A stretch of DNA of 64,000 nucleotides from Escherichia coli (GCF_024502345.1 NZ_JALDNN010000001.1), one strand, 5' to 3'. Positions 16,846-28,040 are shown, numbered from the stretch's first letter. Notes: a model not told the origin generated them from the sequence alone. A program made the numbers and translations.

Positions 16846-19695
16846 TTGAAATACCTTGCTTCTTTTCGTACAACCCTGAAAGCCTCGCGCTACATGTTCA
16901 GAGCATTGGCGTTAGTGCTCTGGCTGTTGATTGCTTTTTCATCCGTTTTTTACATCGTTAATGCGTTACATCAGCGAGAATCGGAAATTCGTCAGGAATT
17001 TAATCTGAGTTCCGATCAGGCTCAGCGCTTTATTCAACGCACCTCTGATGTGATGAAAGAGCTGAAGTACATCGCCGAAAATCGCTTATCGGCAGAAAAC
17101 GGTGTGCTTTCCCCGCGTGGACGAGAAACGCAGGCGGATGTGCCTGCGTTTGAACCGCTGTTTGCCGACTCCGATTGTTCAGCAATGAGTAACACCTGGC
17201 GAGGTTCTCTGGAGTCATTGGCGTGGTTTATGCGCTACTGGCGCGATAATTTTTCTGCGGCTTACGATCTCAATCGGGTATTTTTAATCGGCAGCGATAA
17301 CCTCTGCATGGCCAATTTCGGTCTGCGTGATATGCCAGTGGAACGCGATACCGCGTTGAAAGCGTTGCATGAACGCATCAATAAATATCGAAATGCACCA
17401 CAAGATGATAGCGGCAGTAACCTCTACTGGATCAGCGAAGGTCCGCGCCCTGGCGTCGGGTATTTTTACGCGTTGACGCCAGTTTATCTGGCGAACCGGT
17501 TGCAGGCGCTTTTGGGTGTCGAGCAGACCATCCGGATGGAGAATTTTTTCTTACCTGGTACGTTGCCGATGGGGGTTACCATTCTTGATGAAAATGGTCA
17601 TACCCTGATTTCGCTTACCGGACCAGAAAGCAAAATTAAGGGCGATCCTCGCTGGATGCAGGAACGCTCCTGGTTTGGCTATACGGAAGGGTTCCGGGAG
17701 CTGGTGCTGAAGAAAAATCTGCCACCCTCATCGCTAAGCATCGTTTATTCGGTGCCGGTTGATAAGGTGCTGGAACGCATTCGCATGTTGATCCTTAACG
17801 CAATTTTGCTGAATGTGCTTGCCGGAGCTGCATTGTTTACTCTCGCGCGGATGTACGAGCGGCGTATTTTCATTCCGGCGGAAAGCGACGCCCTGCGACT
17901 GGAAGAACATGAGCAGTTCAATCGCAAGATTGTCGCCTCCGCGCCAGTGGGTATCTGCATTTTGCGTACCGCTGATGGCGTCAATATTTTAAGTAACGAA
18001 CTGGCGCATACCTATCTCAATATGCTTACGCATGAGGACCGCCAACGACTGACGCAAATTATCTGTGGGCAGCAGGTCAATTTTGTTGATGTCCTGACCA
18101 GCAACAATACCAATCTGCAAATCAGCTTCGTCCATTCGCGCTATCGTAATGAAAACGTGGCCATTTGTGTGCTGGTGGATGTTTCTTCGCGCGTGAAGAT
18201 GGAAGAGTCGTTGCAGGAGATGGCACAAGCAGCGGAACAGGCGAGCCAGTCAAAATCGATGTTCCTTGCCACCGTCAGTCATGAGCTGCGAACGCCGCTG
18301 TATGGCATTATCGGTAACCTGGATCTGTTGCAAACCAAAGAGTTACCGAAAGGCGTCGATCGTCTGGTGACGGCAATGAACAACTCTTCCAGCCTGTTGT
18401 TGAAAATTATCAGCGATATTCTCGATTTCTCGAAGATTGAATCAGAACAGTTGAAGATCGAACCGCGTGAGTTTTCACCGCGTGAAGTGATGAACCACAT
18501 CACCGCCAACTATTTACCGCTGGTGGTACGCAAGCAGTTAGGCTTGTACTGCTTTATTGAACCGGATGTGCCAGTGGCTTTAAATGGCGACCCGATGCGT
18601 TTACAGCAGGTCATCTCCAACCTGTTGAGTAACGCCATAAAATTCACCGATACCGGCTGTATAGTTTTGCATGTTCGCGCTGATGGCGATTATCTCTCTA
18701 TCCGTGTTCGCGATACCGGCGTGGGGATACCGGCGAAAGAAGTGGTGCGCTTGTTTGATCCCTTCTTCCAGGTCGGAACGGGCGTACAGCGAAACTTCCA
18801 GGGGACCGGTCTGGGTCTGGCGATTTGTGAAAAACTGATCAGCATGATGGACGGCGACATCTCGGTAGATTCAGAACCGGGAATGGGCAGCCAGTTTACC
18901 GTGCGTATTCCGTTGTACGGCGCTCAGTACCCGCAGAAAAAAGGCGTGGAAGGGTTGAGTGGTAAACGCTGCTGGCTGGCGGTCCGCAATGCGTCGCTCT
19001 GTCAGTTCCTGGAAACCAGTTTGCAGCGCAGCGGCATCGTCGTAACAACATACGAAGGGCAGGAACCGACTCCCGAAGATGTGTTAATTACTGACGAGGT
19101 AGTGAGTAAAAAATGGCAGGGTAGAGCGGTAGTGACCTTCTGTCGTCGCCATATTGGTATTCCGCTGGAGAAAGCGCCAGGGGAGTGGGTACACAGTGTG
19201 GCTGCTCCGCATGAGCTACCGGCATTGTTGGCGCGTATTTATTTGATCGAGATGGAGAGCGACGATCCTGCTAACGCTCTGCCGTCGACGGACAAAGCGG
19301 TCAGCGATAATGACGATATGATGATTCTGGTCGTGGATGATCATCCGATTAACCGACGTCTGCTGGCAGATCAGTTGGGATCGTTGGGCTATCAATGTAA
19401 AACCGCGAATGATGGCGTCGATGCGCTTAATGTACTTAGCAAGAATCATATTGATATCGTGCTTAGCGACGTCAACATGCCAAATATGGATGGTTACCGC
19501 TTGACGCAACGCATTCGTCAGTTGGGACTGACGTTGCCGGTAATCGGAGTAACTGCTAATGCGTTGGCTGAAGAGAAGCAGCGGTGTCTGGAGTCCGGTA
19601 TGGACAGCTGCCTGTCGAAGCCGGTAACGCTGGATGTGATAAAACAGACGCTGACGGTATATGCCGAGAGGGTCAGGAAATCGCGGGAATCGTAG
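16846..19695 (+). CDS. rcsC: hybrid sensor histidine kinase of the Rcs phosphorelay
   Basis: 949-aa ORF MKYLASFRTTLKASRYMFRALALVLWLL...; H-box SHELRTPL, ATPase motifs and C-terminal receiver domain (VVDDHPINRRLL); apparent TTG start. Confidence 0.96.
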   Translation: MKYLASFRTTLKASRYMFRALALVLWLLIAFSSVFYIVNALHQRESEIRQEFNLSSDQAQRFIQRTSDVMKELKYIAENRLSAENGVLSPRGRETQADVPAFEPLFADSDCSAMSNTWRGSLESLAWFMRYWRDNFSAAYDLNRVFLIGSDNLCMANFGLRDMPVERDTALKALHERINKYRNAPQDDSGSNLYWISEGPRPGVGYFYALTPVYLANRLQALLGVEQTIRMENFFLPGTLPMGVTILDENGHTLISLTGPESKIKGDPRWMQERSWFGYTEGFRELVLKKNLPPSSLSIVYSVPVDKVLERIRMLILNAILLNVLAGAALFTLARMYERRIFIPAESDALRLEEHEQFNRKIVASAPVGICILRTADGVNILSNELAHTYLNMLTHEDRQRLTQIICGQQVNFVDVLTSNNTNLQISFVHSRYRNENVAICVLVDVSSRVKMEESLQEMAQAAEQASQSKSMFLATVSHELRTPLYGIIGNLDLLQTKELPKGVDRLVTAMNNSSSLLLKIISDILDFSKIESEQLKIEPREFSPREVMNHITANYLPLVVRKQLGLYCFIEPDVPVALNGDPMRLQQVISNLLSNAIKFTDTGCIVLHVRADGDYLSIRVRDTGVGIPAKEVVRLFDPFFQVGTGVQRNFQGTGLGLAICEKLISMMDGDISVDSEPGMGSQFTVRIPLYGAQYPQKKGVEGLSGKRCWLAVRNASLCQFLETSLQRSGIVVTTYEGQEPTPEDVLITDEVVSKKWQGRAVVTFCRRHIGIPLEKAPGEWVHSVAAPHELPALLARIYLIEMESDDPANALPSTDKAVSDNDDMMILVVDDHPINRRLLADQLGSLGYQCKTANDGVDALNVLSKNHIDIVLSDVNMPNMDGYRLTQRIRQLGLTLPVIGVTANALAEEKQRCLESGMDSCLSKPVTLDVIKQTLTVYAERVRKSRES

Positions 19696-19890
19696 GACGG
19701 ATAAGGTGTTTATGCCGCATCCGGCATTCAGTGCAAATGCCAGATGCGACGCTGACGCGTCTTATCTGGCCTACTTTAATGTAATCTGTTGAAATAATGG
19801 GAATCGTAGGACGGATAAGGCGTTTACGCCGCATCCGGCAATCGGTGCAAATGCCAGATAAGACACTAACGCGTCTTATCTGGCCTACAG
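19696..19890. repeat. REP/BIME elements (two copies) between convergent rcsC and rcsB
   Basis: Two near-identical units gacggataaggygtttaygccgcatccggca...gccagat.agacgc...gcgtcttatctggcctac. Confidence 0.7.
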
Positions 19891-19894
19891 ATGA

Positions 19895-20545
19895 TTAGTC
19901 TTTATCTGCCGGACTTAAGGTCACAGAAGAGAGATAATTCAGCAGGGCGATATCGTTCTCGACACCCAGCTTCATCATCGCAGATTTCTTCTGGCTACTG
20001 ATGGTTTTAATACTGCGGTTCAGCTTTTTAGCGATCTCGGTCACCAGGAAGCCTTCCGCAAACAGGCGCAGAACTTCACTCTCTTTTGGCGAGAGACGCT
20101 TGTCACCGTAACCACCAGCACTGATTTTTTCCAACAGGCGAGAAACGCTTTCCGGGGTAAATTTCTTCCCTTTCTGCAGCGCGGCGAGAGCTTTCGGCAG
20201 ATCGGTCGGTGCACCTTGTTTCAGCACGATCCCTTCGATATCCAGATCCAATACCGCACTAAGAATCGCCGGGTTGTTGTTCATGGTCAGAACAATAATC
20301 GACAGGCTTGGGAAATGGCGCTTGATGTACTTAATTAAGGTAATGCCATCGCCGTACTTATCGCCAGGCATGGAGAGATCGGTAATCAACACATGCGCAT
20401 CCAGTTTCGGCAGGTTGTTGATCAGTGCTGTAGAGTCTTCAAATTCGCCGACAACATTCACCCACTCAATTTGCTCAAGTGATTTGCGAATACCGAACAA
20501 GACTATCGGATGGTCATCGGCAATAATTACGTTCATATTGTTCAT
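19895..20545 (-). CDS. rcsB: response regulator RcsB (LuxR/FixJ family)
   Basis: Translation MNNMNVIIADDHPIVLFGIRKSLEQIEWVNVVGEF... 216 aa from the internal Met of the track ORF. Confidence 0.97.
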   Translation of the reverse strand: MNNMNVIIADDHPIVLFGIRKSLEQIEWVNVVGEFEDSTALINNLPKLDAHVLITDLSMPGDKYGDGITLIKYIKRHFPSLSIIVLTMNNNPAILSAVLDLDIEGIVLKQGAPTDLPKALAALQKGKKFTPESVSRLLEKISAGGYGDKRLSPKESEVLRLFAEGFLVTEIAKKLNRSIKTISSQKKSAMMKLGVENDIALLNYLSSVTLSPADKD

Positions 20546-20561
20546 GTAATAGGCTACCTTG

Positions 20562-23234
20562 CTACAGCAAGCTCTTGACATAACTGTCAATGTCGCTGAT
20601 GTATTTTTCTATTCCTGGAACATCCTTCTCACGAATCAGATGTTCCAGCGTTTCACATAACTGCTTGCCGGGTACCAGATTTAGCATGGCAAATACGCCT
20701 TTAAGACGATGAGCCGTTTGGGCTAACGCAGCAAAGTCACTGGTTGCTGCTTCAGTATACAGCCTCTTAACATCATCCGGTACTGTGTCTACAAAGAGCG
20801 CATAATAGCCGCTGGCATGGAGTTGCGCATTTTCATCTCCGCCCAGAGGCGATTCTGTCACCTCTTCCTGCGCCAGTTGCACTTCAATTAATTGTAAGAC
20901 CGCTTCCTGCATAGCGTTGCTCATATTGAAGTTGACGCACAATTGACCAGGCCCAATTTCCCGTACGCCAGACTCATCATCGCTTAAAAGCAAGCCAGAG
21001 GCAGTAAGATTAGACGGATTATCCGTTAAAAAGATATCATAATCTTGACTAATTAATCTTTCATCGGGTGTGATACAGGTTGCACCCCAATTTTCTAACT
21101 GGCGAGTGACAATATTCCGAATTTCTGCCGAAGTAACATCCACCATTACGCAGACATCATCCAGTAAACGCTCTTCTTCCTCTTCAACTTCCGGGTCAGC
21201 TGCGAGCATTTTGATATGCACAGAGTAGCGTGTACCAAGCCCATCCCGCGTTTTGATGTTTAAATGACCGCCCAGTTTACGTGCCAGTTGATCGCTCAGC
21301 CAGAATGCCAGCGGGTCCGCCTTGCCATAGCGATCGTTTTGGGTCTGGTTGATAAACGGGAAGTGCAAATTATCCATTTCATGAATGCTTACGCCTTCTC
21401 CGGTGTCCAGAATGCGGAACGTCAGGCGGTCTTCGGAGGACTCATCCTGATCAACCTCAAGGGTGATTTTTCCCAATTGCGTTGAGGTCACGGCATATTG
21501 CATCAGTAGCAGCAAAATACGTCGTAAGGCATCGCGATCGCCACGGCGCATATCGTGTGCTTTCAGATGATTGTTAATCAGCAGTTGCAGACCTTTACGC
21601 TTGATGGCAGGCAACACTGAAGGCACAACTTCATCAATTAAATCCTGCACGGAGAACAGCACCGTCTCACTTTTCCAGCTATCGTCCGCAAGCATGTTCG
21701 CTAACTGTATTTCATCGACCAGCCGCACCAGCACATCTGCCTGATTCGCCAGTTGTTTGCTTTCCGGGGCGTTGAGTTTAGCCGCGCTCTCCGCCAGGGA
21801 CTGTGCAGGTTCTTTCAGCGCATCGCCAATGTTTTTCATAAAGGTCATCCGCCCCTGCTGGTTTTTCTCATACAGACGCTGCGCCTGCTTGAGTTTCTTG
21901 TTTACCAGCACTTCGCGATCCTGATCGCGAATAATGAAAATTTGTGTGCGCGGCGCGACCTGGCTGCGGAACATGCGGATCTCATACAGCTCGTTATTGA
22001 TCGTCGCCTGAATAATCCCCTGATGCTGTTCCGCCATGGTGGTGATGTTTTGCAGATTCAAATGCGGCAGCAAATGATCGGCAATTTTGTTACTTATGAC
22101 AGTGCGGTTCGATTCCTGATCGTGAACCAGCAGGCCGAGCGGCAGCAGTGAGACTATCTCTTCATTGATTGCCCGTAAAATGCGCAATTCGTTATTGACC
22201 GCCGTGTTGGGTAGACTTTCTGTACTGCGACTGGAGAAATGGCGGAATGTGGTATAGCCAAATAACGCCAGCGCCAGCAAACCGATGTTCAGCAGCAGTG
22301 GCAGCAGAATGTTTTGCAACGTATCCAGCAATAAGGTGCCATAAGGAACCTGCCAGACCAGTCGCATATCGGTAGAGTTGAGTGCCGAGGAGATTTCAAT
22401 CTTCGTACTGTTAAAGTGGATACTGACGCTATCCGTCCCTTCTTTCTCATTATCATTGTCTCCCGTTGCCGTCGCGTCTGGCTCAAGGCGGAAACTGTCC
22501 AGCGGCATACCCGGTGGGATCAAATCATTAATCGGCAGATCAAAAGCCACGACCGTTGCCAGATGTCCCGGCTGGTTGAACGTGGTACGTAAGGTAAAGT
22601 AATGACCGTTCTGCCAGGCCAGGCGGCGCATGTTAGAAAAACTTTCGCGTTCATCGAGGGCGTTGGCCTGTTGCAACATCTCTGCACGACGTGAATCAAC
22701 AATGTCACTGACGGTCGATTCTTTAAATCCGGAGGTGAGATCTTTGAGGGGCAGGGTTGAGATCAGTACCAGACTGTTATCCTGACCATTCAGGTAATAC
22801 ATTGACCACGGTACATTTTCTGCGCCCCACAATGTGTCCAGATAGGTGGACATCCGTTGAGTCATCTCAAGCGTTGAGTTGTCGTGAGAGCCAAAGATTA
22901 ACGCTTCCGTTTTGCGGCGCGGTTTTTCCAGATAGTAGACATCCTGTTTCAGGCGCGTCTCTTGTAAACCTTCGCCGGAGGAGGGGGAGGTCGTCGCGGC
23001 AATGTTGTCGTAGATCTGCCAGGTCACGTAACGCCAGTTATCGACGCGCTTTTGGATAGCATGGGTAATGTCGACAATCTGGTAACTTTTATCTTTCAGC
23101 CAGGCGTTAACGGCGCTTTGTACCATTACACCCATCGTCACCAGTAACACAATGATCAACAGTAAAAAGAAGCGGGTAATGCTCCCCGGTAGGAGTGAAA
23201 AGCGGGTCGTGGCCGTTGTCTCTTTCTGACGCAT
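20562..23234 (-). CDS. rcsD: phosphotransfer intermediate protein RcsD
   Basis: 890-aa membrane protein ORF immediately upstream of rcsB on the same strand; C-terminal HPt-like region. Confidence 0.93.
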   Translation of the reverse strand: MRQKETTATTRFSLLPGSITRFFLLLIIVLLVTMGVMVQSAVNAWLKDKSYQIVDITHAIQKRVDNWRYVTWQIYDNIAATTSPSSGEGLQETRLKQDVYYLEKPRRKTEALIFGSHDNSTLEMTQRMSTYLDTLWGAENVPWSMYYLNGQDNSLVLISTLPLKDLTSGFKESTVSDIVDSRRAEMLQQANALDERESFSNMRRLAWQNGHYFTLRTTFNQPGHLATVVAFDLPINDLIPPGMPLDSFRLEPDATATGDNDNEKEGTDSVSIHFNSTKIEISSALNSTDMRLVWQVPYGTLLLDTLQNILLPLLLNIGLLALALFGYTTFRHFSSRSTESLPNTAVNNELRILRAINEEIVSLLPLGLLVHDQESNRTVISNKIADHLLPHLNLQNITTMAEQHQGIIQATINNELYEIRMFRSQVAPRTQIFIIRDQDREVLVNKKLKQAQRLYEKNQQGRMTFMKNIGDALKEPAQSLAESAAKLNAPESKQLANQADVLVRLVDEIQLANMLADDSWKSETVLFSVQDLIDEVVPSVLPAIKRKGLQLLINNHLKAHDMRRGDRDALRRILLLLMQYAVTSTQLGKITLEVDQDESSEDRLTFRILDTGEGVSIHEMDNLHFPFINQTQNDRYGKADPLAFWLSDQLARKLGGHLNIKTRDGLGTRYSVHIKMLAADPEVEEEEERLLDDVCVMVDVTSAEIRNIVTRQLENWGATCITPDERLISQDYDIFLTDNPSNLTASGLLLSDDESGVREIGPGQLCVNFNMSNAMQEAVLQLIEVQLAQEEVTESPLGGDENAQLHASGYYALFVDTVPDDVKRLYTEAATSDFAALAQTAHRLKGVFAMLNLVPGKQLCETLEHLIREKDVPGIEKYISDIDSYVKSLL

Positions 23235-23545
23235 TCGTGTTTATGACCTGTTAAAACTTCGCGAAGTGATAGGGCAGTATAAAGGGTACAGTGTGAAATT
23301 CCAGACTCTTACCTGATTGATGATTCTCTATTCTCCCGTGATATTTATCATCCTGCATTGGGGGAAATAGATGTACAAGCGCCATTTTGCTGTACAAATA
23401 ACCTACGAAAAGCCCAACGAAATTAATTGCAAATAAACGAAGATTGCTGGAAATTATGCTGATGTTAATTATTTGTGAAATAGTTAACAAGCGTTATAGT
23501 TTTTCTGTGGTAGCACAGAATAATGAAAAGTGTGTAAAGAAGGGT

Positions 23546-23638
23546 AAAAAAAACCGGATGCGAGGCATCCGGTTGAAATAGGGGTAAACAGACATTCAGA
23601 AATGAATGACGGTAATAAATAAAGTTAATGATGATAGC
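23546..23638 (-). ncRNA. micF: MicF antisense sRNA
   Basis: Reverse complement reads GCTATCATCATTAACTTTATTTATTACCGTCATTCATTTCTGAATGTCTGTTTACCCCTATTTCAACCGG...GCCTCGCATCCGG followed by a T-run; divergent from ompC. Confidence 0.85.
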
Positions 23639-23972
23639 GGGAGATATTCTAGTTGCGAGTGAAGGTTTTGTTTTGACATTCAGTGCTGTCAAATACTTAA
23701 GAATAAGTTATTGATTTTAACCTTGAATTATTATTGCTTGATGTTAGGTGCTTATTTCGCCATTCCGTAATAATCTTAAAAAGTTCCCTTGCATTTACAT
23801 TTTGAAACATCTATAGCGATAAATGAAACATCTTAAAAGTTTTAGTATCATATTCGTGTTGGATTATTCTGCATTTTTGGGGAGAATGGACCTGCCGACT
23901 GATTAATGAGGGTTAATCAGTATGCAGTGGCATAAAAAAGCAAATAAAGGCATATAACAGAGGGTTAATAAC
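23639..23972. promoter_or_regulatory. micF-ompC divergent control region (expected OmpR-binding region)
   Basis: AT-rich intergenic region between the divergent micF and ompC; individual sites not resolved by eye. Confidence 0.45.
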
Positions 23973-25085
23973 ATGAAAGTTAAAGTACTGTCCCTCCTGG
24001 TCCCAGCTCTGCTGGTAGCAGGCGCAGCAAATGCTGCTGAAGTTTACAACAAAGACGGCAACAAATTAGATCTGTACGGTAAAGTAGACGGCCTGCACTA
24101 TTTCTCCGACAACGATAAGGTTGATGGCGACAAGACCTACATGCGTCTTGGCTTCAAAGGTGAAACTCAGGTTACTGACCAGCTGACCGGTTACGGCCAG
24201 TGGGAATATCAGATCCAGGGTAACGCTCCGGAAAGCGAAAACAACTCCTGGACCCGTGTGGCATTTGCTGGTCTGAAATTCCAGGACGTTGGTTCTTTCG
24301 ACTACGGTCGTAACTACGGCGTTGTTTACGACGTAACCTCCTGGACCGACGTGCTGCCAGAATTCGGTGGCGACACCTACGGTTCTGACAACTTCATGCA
24401 GCAGCGTGGTAACGGCTTCGCGACCTACCGTAACACCGACTTCTTCGGTCTGGTTGACGGCCTGAACTTTGCTGTTCAGTATCAGGGCAAAAACGGTAGC
24501 GTAAGCGGCGAAGGCATGACCAACAACGGTCGTGATGCTCTTGAGCAGAACGGTGACGGTGTTGGTGGTTCTATCACTTATGACATCGGTGAAGGCTTCA
24601 GCTTCGGTGGTGCGATCTCCAGCTCCAAACGCACCGCAGAGCAGAACAACAGTGCTCGTTTCATCGGTAATGGTGATCGTGCAGAAACCTACACTGGTGG
24701 TCTGAAATACGACGCTAACAACATCTACCTGGCTGCTCAGTACACCCAGACTTATAACGCAACTCTGGCTGGTGATTTAGGCTGGGCGAACAAAGCCCAG
24801 AACTTTGAAGTGGTTGCCCAGTATCAGTTCGACTTCGGTCTGCGTCCTTCTGTTGCTTACCTGCAGTCCAAAGGTAAAAATCTGAATGCCAACATCGCTG
24901 GTCGTACTTACGACGACGAAGATCTGGTGAAATATGTTGATGTTGGTGCTACCTACTACTTCAACAAAAACATGTCCACCTATGTTGATTACAAAATCAA
25001 CCTGCTGGACGACAATAACTTCACCCGCGCTGCTGGCATCAACACTGATGACATCGTAGCTCTGGGTCTGGTTTACCAGTTCTAA
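23973..25085 (+). CDS. ompC: outer membrane porin C
   Basis: [46 protein letters not shown]...; C-terminal LGLVYQF; 370 aa. Confidence 0.97.
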   Translation: MKVKVLSLLVPALLVAGAANAAEVYNKDGNKLDLYGKVDGLHYFSDNDKVDGDKTYMRLGFKGETQVTDQLTGYGQWEYQIQGNAPESENNSWTRVAFAGLKFQDVGSFDYGRNYGVVYDVTSWTDVLPEFGGDTYGSDNFMQQRGNGFATYRNTDFFGLVDGLNFAVQYQGKNGSVSGEGMTNNGRDALEQNGDGVGGSITYDIGEGFSFGGAISSSKRTAEQNNSARFIGNGDRAETYTGGLKYDANNIYLAAQYTQTYNATLAGDLGWANKAQNFEVVAQYQFDFGLRPSVAYLQSKGKNLNANIAGRTYDDEDLVKYVDVGATYYFNKNMSTYVDYKINLLDDNNFTRAAGINTDDIVALGLVYQF

Positions 25086-25103
25086 TCTCGATTTCTATCG
25101 AAC

Positions 25104-25126
25104 AAAGGGCCTGCGGGCCCTTTTTT
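25104..25126 (+). terminator. intrinsic terminator of ompC
   Basis: gggcc-tgcg-ggccc hairpin followed by tttttt. Confidence 0.65.
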
Positions 25127-25196
25127 CATTGTTTTCAGCGTACAAACACAGTTTTTTGGTGTACTCTTGCGACCGTTCGCATGAGGATAATCACGT

Positions 25197-26252
25197 ATGG
25201 AAATAAGCTTTACCCGCGTGGCACTGCTGGCTGCCGCGCTCTTCTTTGTTGGTTGCGATCAAAAACCACAACCCGCCAAAACCCACGCTACTGAAGTTAC
25301 CGTTCTTGAAGGCAAAACCATGGGTACCTTCTGGCGTGCCAGCATCCCGGGCATTGATGCCAAACGCAGTGCCGAACTTAAAGAAAAGATTCAGACCCAG
25401 CTGGACGCCGACGATCAGCTGCTTTCGACCTATAAAAAAGATTCCGCGCTGATGCGCTTTAACGACTCGCAAAGTTTGTCGCCGTGGCCGGTAAGTGAAG
25501 CGATGGCCGATATCGTCACCACCTCGCTGCGCATTGGCGCAAGGACCGATGGTGCGATGGATATAACCGTCGGGCCGCTGGTGAATCTGTGGGGCTTTGG
25601 CCCGGAACAACAGCCGGTTCAAATTCCGAGCCAGGAACAGATCGATGCGATGAAAGCCAAAACTGGTTTACAGCACCTTACGGTCATTAATCAGTCGCAT
25701 CAGCAATATCTGCAAAAAGACCTGCCGGATTTATATGTCGATCTCTCTACCGTCGGCGAAGGTTATGCGGCGGATCACCTGGCACGCTTGATGGAGCAGG
25801 AAGGGATTTCCCGCTATCTGGTGTCGGTGGGGGGCGCGCTGAACAGCCGTGGTATGAACGGTGAAGGCCAGCCGTGGCGGGTAGCGATTCAAAAGCCAAC
25901 CGATAAAGAAAATGCGGTTCAGGCCGTGGTGGATATCAACGGTCATGGTATTAGCACCTCTGGCAGCTACCGTAACTATTACGAACTGGACGGCAAACGT
26001 CTTTCCCATGTTATCGATCCGCAAACCGGGCGTCCCATCGAACACAATCTGGTATCCGTGACGGTGATTGCTCCGACGGCGCTGGAAGCCGATGCCTGGG
26101 ATACTGGCTTGATGGTACTCGGGCCGGAGAAAGCCAAAGAGGTTGTTCGCCGGGAAGGGCTGGCGGTTTATATGATCACCAAAGAAGGCGATAGCTTTAA
26201 AACCTGGATGTCACCACAGTTTAAAAGCTTCCTTGTCAGCGAAAAAAATTAA
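25197..26252 (+). CDS. apbE: FAD:protein FMN transferase (ApbE family lipoprotein)
   Basis: 351-aa ORF with lipoprotein signal (LLAAALFFVGC); position between ompC and ada. Confidence 0.88.
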   Translation: MEISFTRVALLAAALFFVGCDQKPQPAKTHATEVTVLEGKTMGTFWRASIPGIDAKRSAELKEKIQTQLDADDQLLSTYKKDSALMRFNDSQSLSPWPVSEAMADIVTTSLRIGARTDGAMDITVGPLVNLWGFGPEQQPVQIPSQEQIDAMKAKTGLQHLTVINQSHQQYLQKDLPDLYVDLSTVGEGYAADHLARLMEQEGISRYLVSVGGALNSRGMNGEGQPWRVAIQKPTDKENAVQAVVDINGHGISTSGSYRNYYELDGKRLSHVIDPQTGRPIEHNLVSVTVIAPTALEADAWDTGLMVLGPEKAKEVVRREGLAVYMITKEGDSFKTWMSPQFKSFLVSEKN

Positions 26253-26258
26253 AGCGCA
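26243..26258 (+). promoter_or_regulatory. putative Ada box in the ada promoter
   Basis: aaaaaattaaagcgca about 70 nt upstream of the ada ATG, resembling the AAANNAAAGCGCA Ada-binding consensus. Confidence 0.5.
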
Positions 26259-26325
26259 AGATTGTTGGTTTTTGCGTGATGGTGACCGGGCAGACTAAAG
26301 GCTATCCTTAACCAGGGAGCTGATT

Positions 26326-27390
26326 ATGAAAAAAGCCACATGCTTAACTGACGATCAACGCTGGCAATCTGTCTTAGCCCGCGACCCGAATGCCGACGGC
26401 GAATTCGTTTTCGCCGTGCGTACCACAGGCATCTTTTGCCGTCCGTCTTGCCGCGCCAGACATGCTTTGCGGGAAAACGTCTCCTTCTACGCAAATGCCA
26501 GCGAGGCACTCGCCGCTGGCTTTCGCCCCTGCAAACGTTGTCAGCCAGAAAAAGCCAATGCCCAGCAACATCGGTTGGATAAAATCACCCACGCGTGTCG
26601 ACTGCTGGAACAGGAAACGCCTGTAACGCTGGAAGCCTTAGCCGACCAGGTGGCGATGAGTCCATTTCATCTACATCGGTTGTTTAAAGCGACTACCGGA
26701 ATGACGCCTAAAGCCTGGCAACAGGCCTGGCGCGCTCGCCGTTTGCGCGAATCGCTGGCGAAAGGGGAGAGCGTGACGACGTCTATTCTTAACGCCGGAT
26801 TCCCCGACAGCAGCAGTTACTATCGCAAAGCTGACGAAACGCTGGGCATGACGGCTAAACAATTCCGTCACGGTGGCGAAAATCTGGCGGTGCGTTACGC
26901 GCTGGCTGATTGTGAGCTGGGTCGTTGCCTGGTGGCAGAAAGCGAGCGGGGGATTTGCGCGATATTGCTGGGCGATGATGACGCGACACTAATCAGCGAG
27001 TTGCAGCAGATGTTTCCCGCTGCCGACAACGCGCCTGCCGATCTGATGTTTCAGCAACATGTGCGTGAAGTGATCGCCAGCCTCAATCAACGCGATACGC
27101 CGCTGACGTTACCGCTGGACATTCGCGGCACTGCTTTTCAGCAACAAGTCTGGCAGGCACTGCGCACGATACCTTGCGGTGAAACCGTCAGTTATCAGCA
27201 ACTGGCTAACGCCATCGGCAAACCGAAAGCGGTACGGGCCGTTGCCAGCGCCTGTGCCGCCAACAAGCTGGCTATCATAATACCCTGTCATCGGGTGGTC
27301 CGTGGTGATGGCACACTTTCCGGTTACCGCTGGGGCGTGTCGCGTAAAGCGCAACTGCTGCGCCGCGAAGCTGAAAATGAGGAGAGGTAA
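26326..27390 (+). CDS. ada: bifunctional transcriptional activator / O6-methylguanine-DNA methyltransferase Ada
   Basis: 354-aa translation MKKATCLTDDQRWQSVLARDPNADGEFVFAVRTTGIFCRPSCRAR... with C-terminal PCHRV active site. Confidence 0.97.
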   Translation: MKKATCLTDDQRWQSVLARDPNADGEFVFAVRTTGIFCRPSCRARHALRENVSFYANASEALAAGFRPCKRCQPEKANAQQHRLDKITHACRLLEQETPVTLEALADQVAMSPFHLHRLFKATTGMTPKAWQQAWRARRLRESLAKGESVTTSILNAGFPDSSSYYRKADETLGMTAKQFRHGGENLAVRYALADCELGRCLVAESERGICAILLGDDDATLISELQQMFPAADNAPADLMFQQHVREVIASLNQRDTPLTLPLDIRGTAFQQQVWQALRTIPCGETVSYQQLANAIGKPKAVRAVASACAANKLAIIIPCHRVVRGDGTLSGYRWGVSRKAQLLRREAENEER

Positions 27391-28040
27391 TGTTGGATCT
27401 GTTTGCCGATGCTGAACCGTGGCAAGAGCCACTGGCGGCTGGAGCGGTAATTTTGCACCGTTTTGCTTTTAACGCTGCGGAGCAACTGATCCGCGATATT
27501 AATGACGTTGCCAGCCAGTCGCCGTTTCGCCAGATGGTCACCCCCGGGGGATATACCATGTCGGTGGCGATGACCAACTGTGGGCATCTGGGCTGGACGA
27601 GCCATCGGCAAGGTTATCTCTATTCGCCCATTGATCCGCAAACAAATAAACCGTGGCCCGCCATGCCACAGAGTTTTCATAATTTATGTCAACGTGCGGC
27701 TACGGCGGCGGGCTATCCAGATTTCCAGCCAGATGCTTGTCTTATCAACCGCTACGCTCCTGGCGCGAAACTGTCGCTGCATCAGGATAAAGACGAACCG
27801 GATCTGCGCGCGCCAATTGTTTCTGTTTCTCTGGGCTTACCCGCGATTTTTCAGTTTGGTGGCCTGAAACGTAATGATCCGCTCAAACGTTTGTTGTTGG
27901 AACATGGCGATGTGGTGATATGGGGCGGTGAATCGCGGCTGTTTTATCACGGTATTCAACCGTTGAAAGCGGGGTTTCATCCACTCACCACCGACTGCCG
28001 CTACAACCTGACATTCCGTCAGGCAGGTAAAAAAGAATAA
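27390..28040 (+). CDS. alkB: Fe(II)/2-oxoglutarate-dependent DNA/RNA demethylase AlkB
   Basis: 216-aa ORF overlapping the ada stop (TAATG); HxD...H motif (LSLHQDKDEPD ... RLFYHGI). Confidence 0.96.
   Translation: MLDLFADAEPWQEPLAAGAVILHRFAFNAAEQLIRDINDVASQSPFRQMVTPGGYTMSVAMTNCGHLGWTSHRQGYLYSPIDPQTNKPWPAMPQSFHNLCQRAATAAGYPDFQPDACLINRYAPGAKLSLHQDKDEPDLRAPIVSVSLGLPAIFQFGGLKRNDPLKRLLLEHGDVVIWGGESRLFYHGIQPLKAGFHPLTTDCRYNLTFRQAGKKE

Noticed and set aside
23546-23638. Possible single-base difference in the micF terminator stem relative to the remembered K-12 sequence
   Set aside because: The reference sequence is not recalled precisely enough to call a variant.
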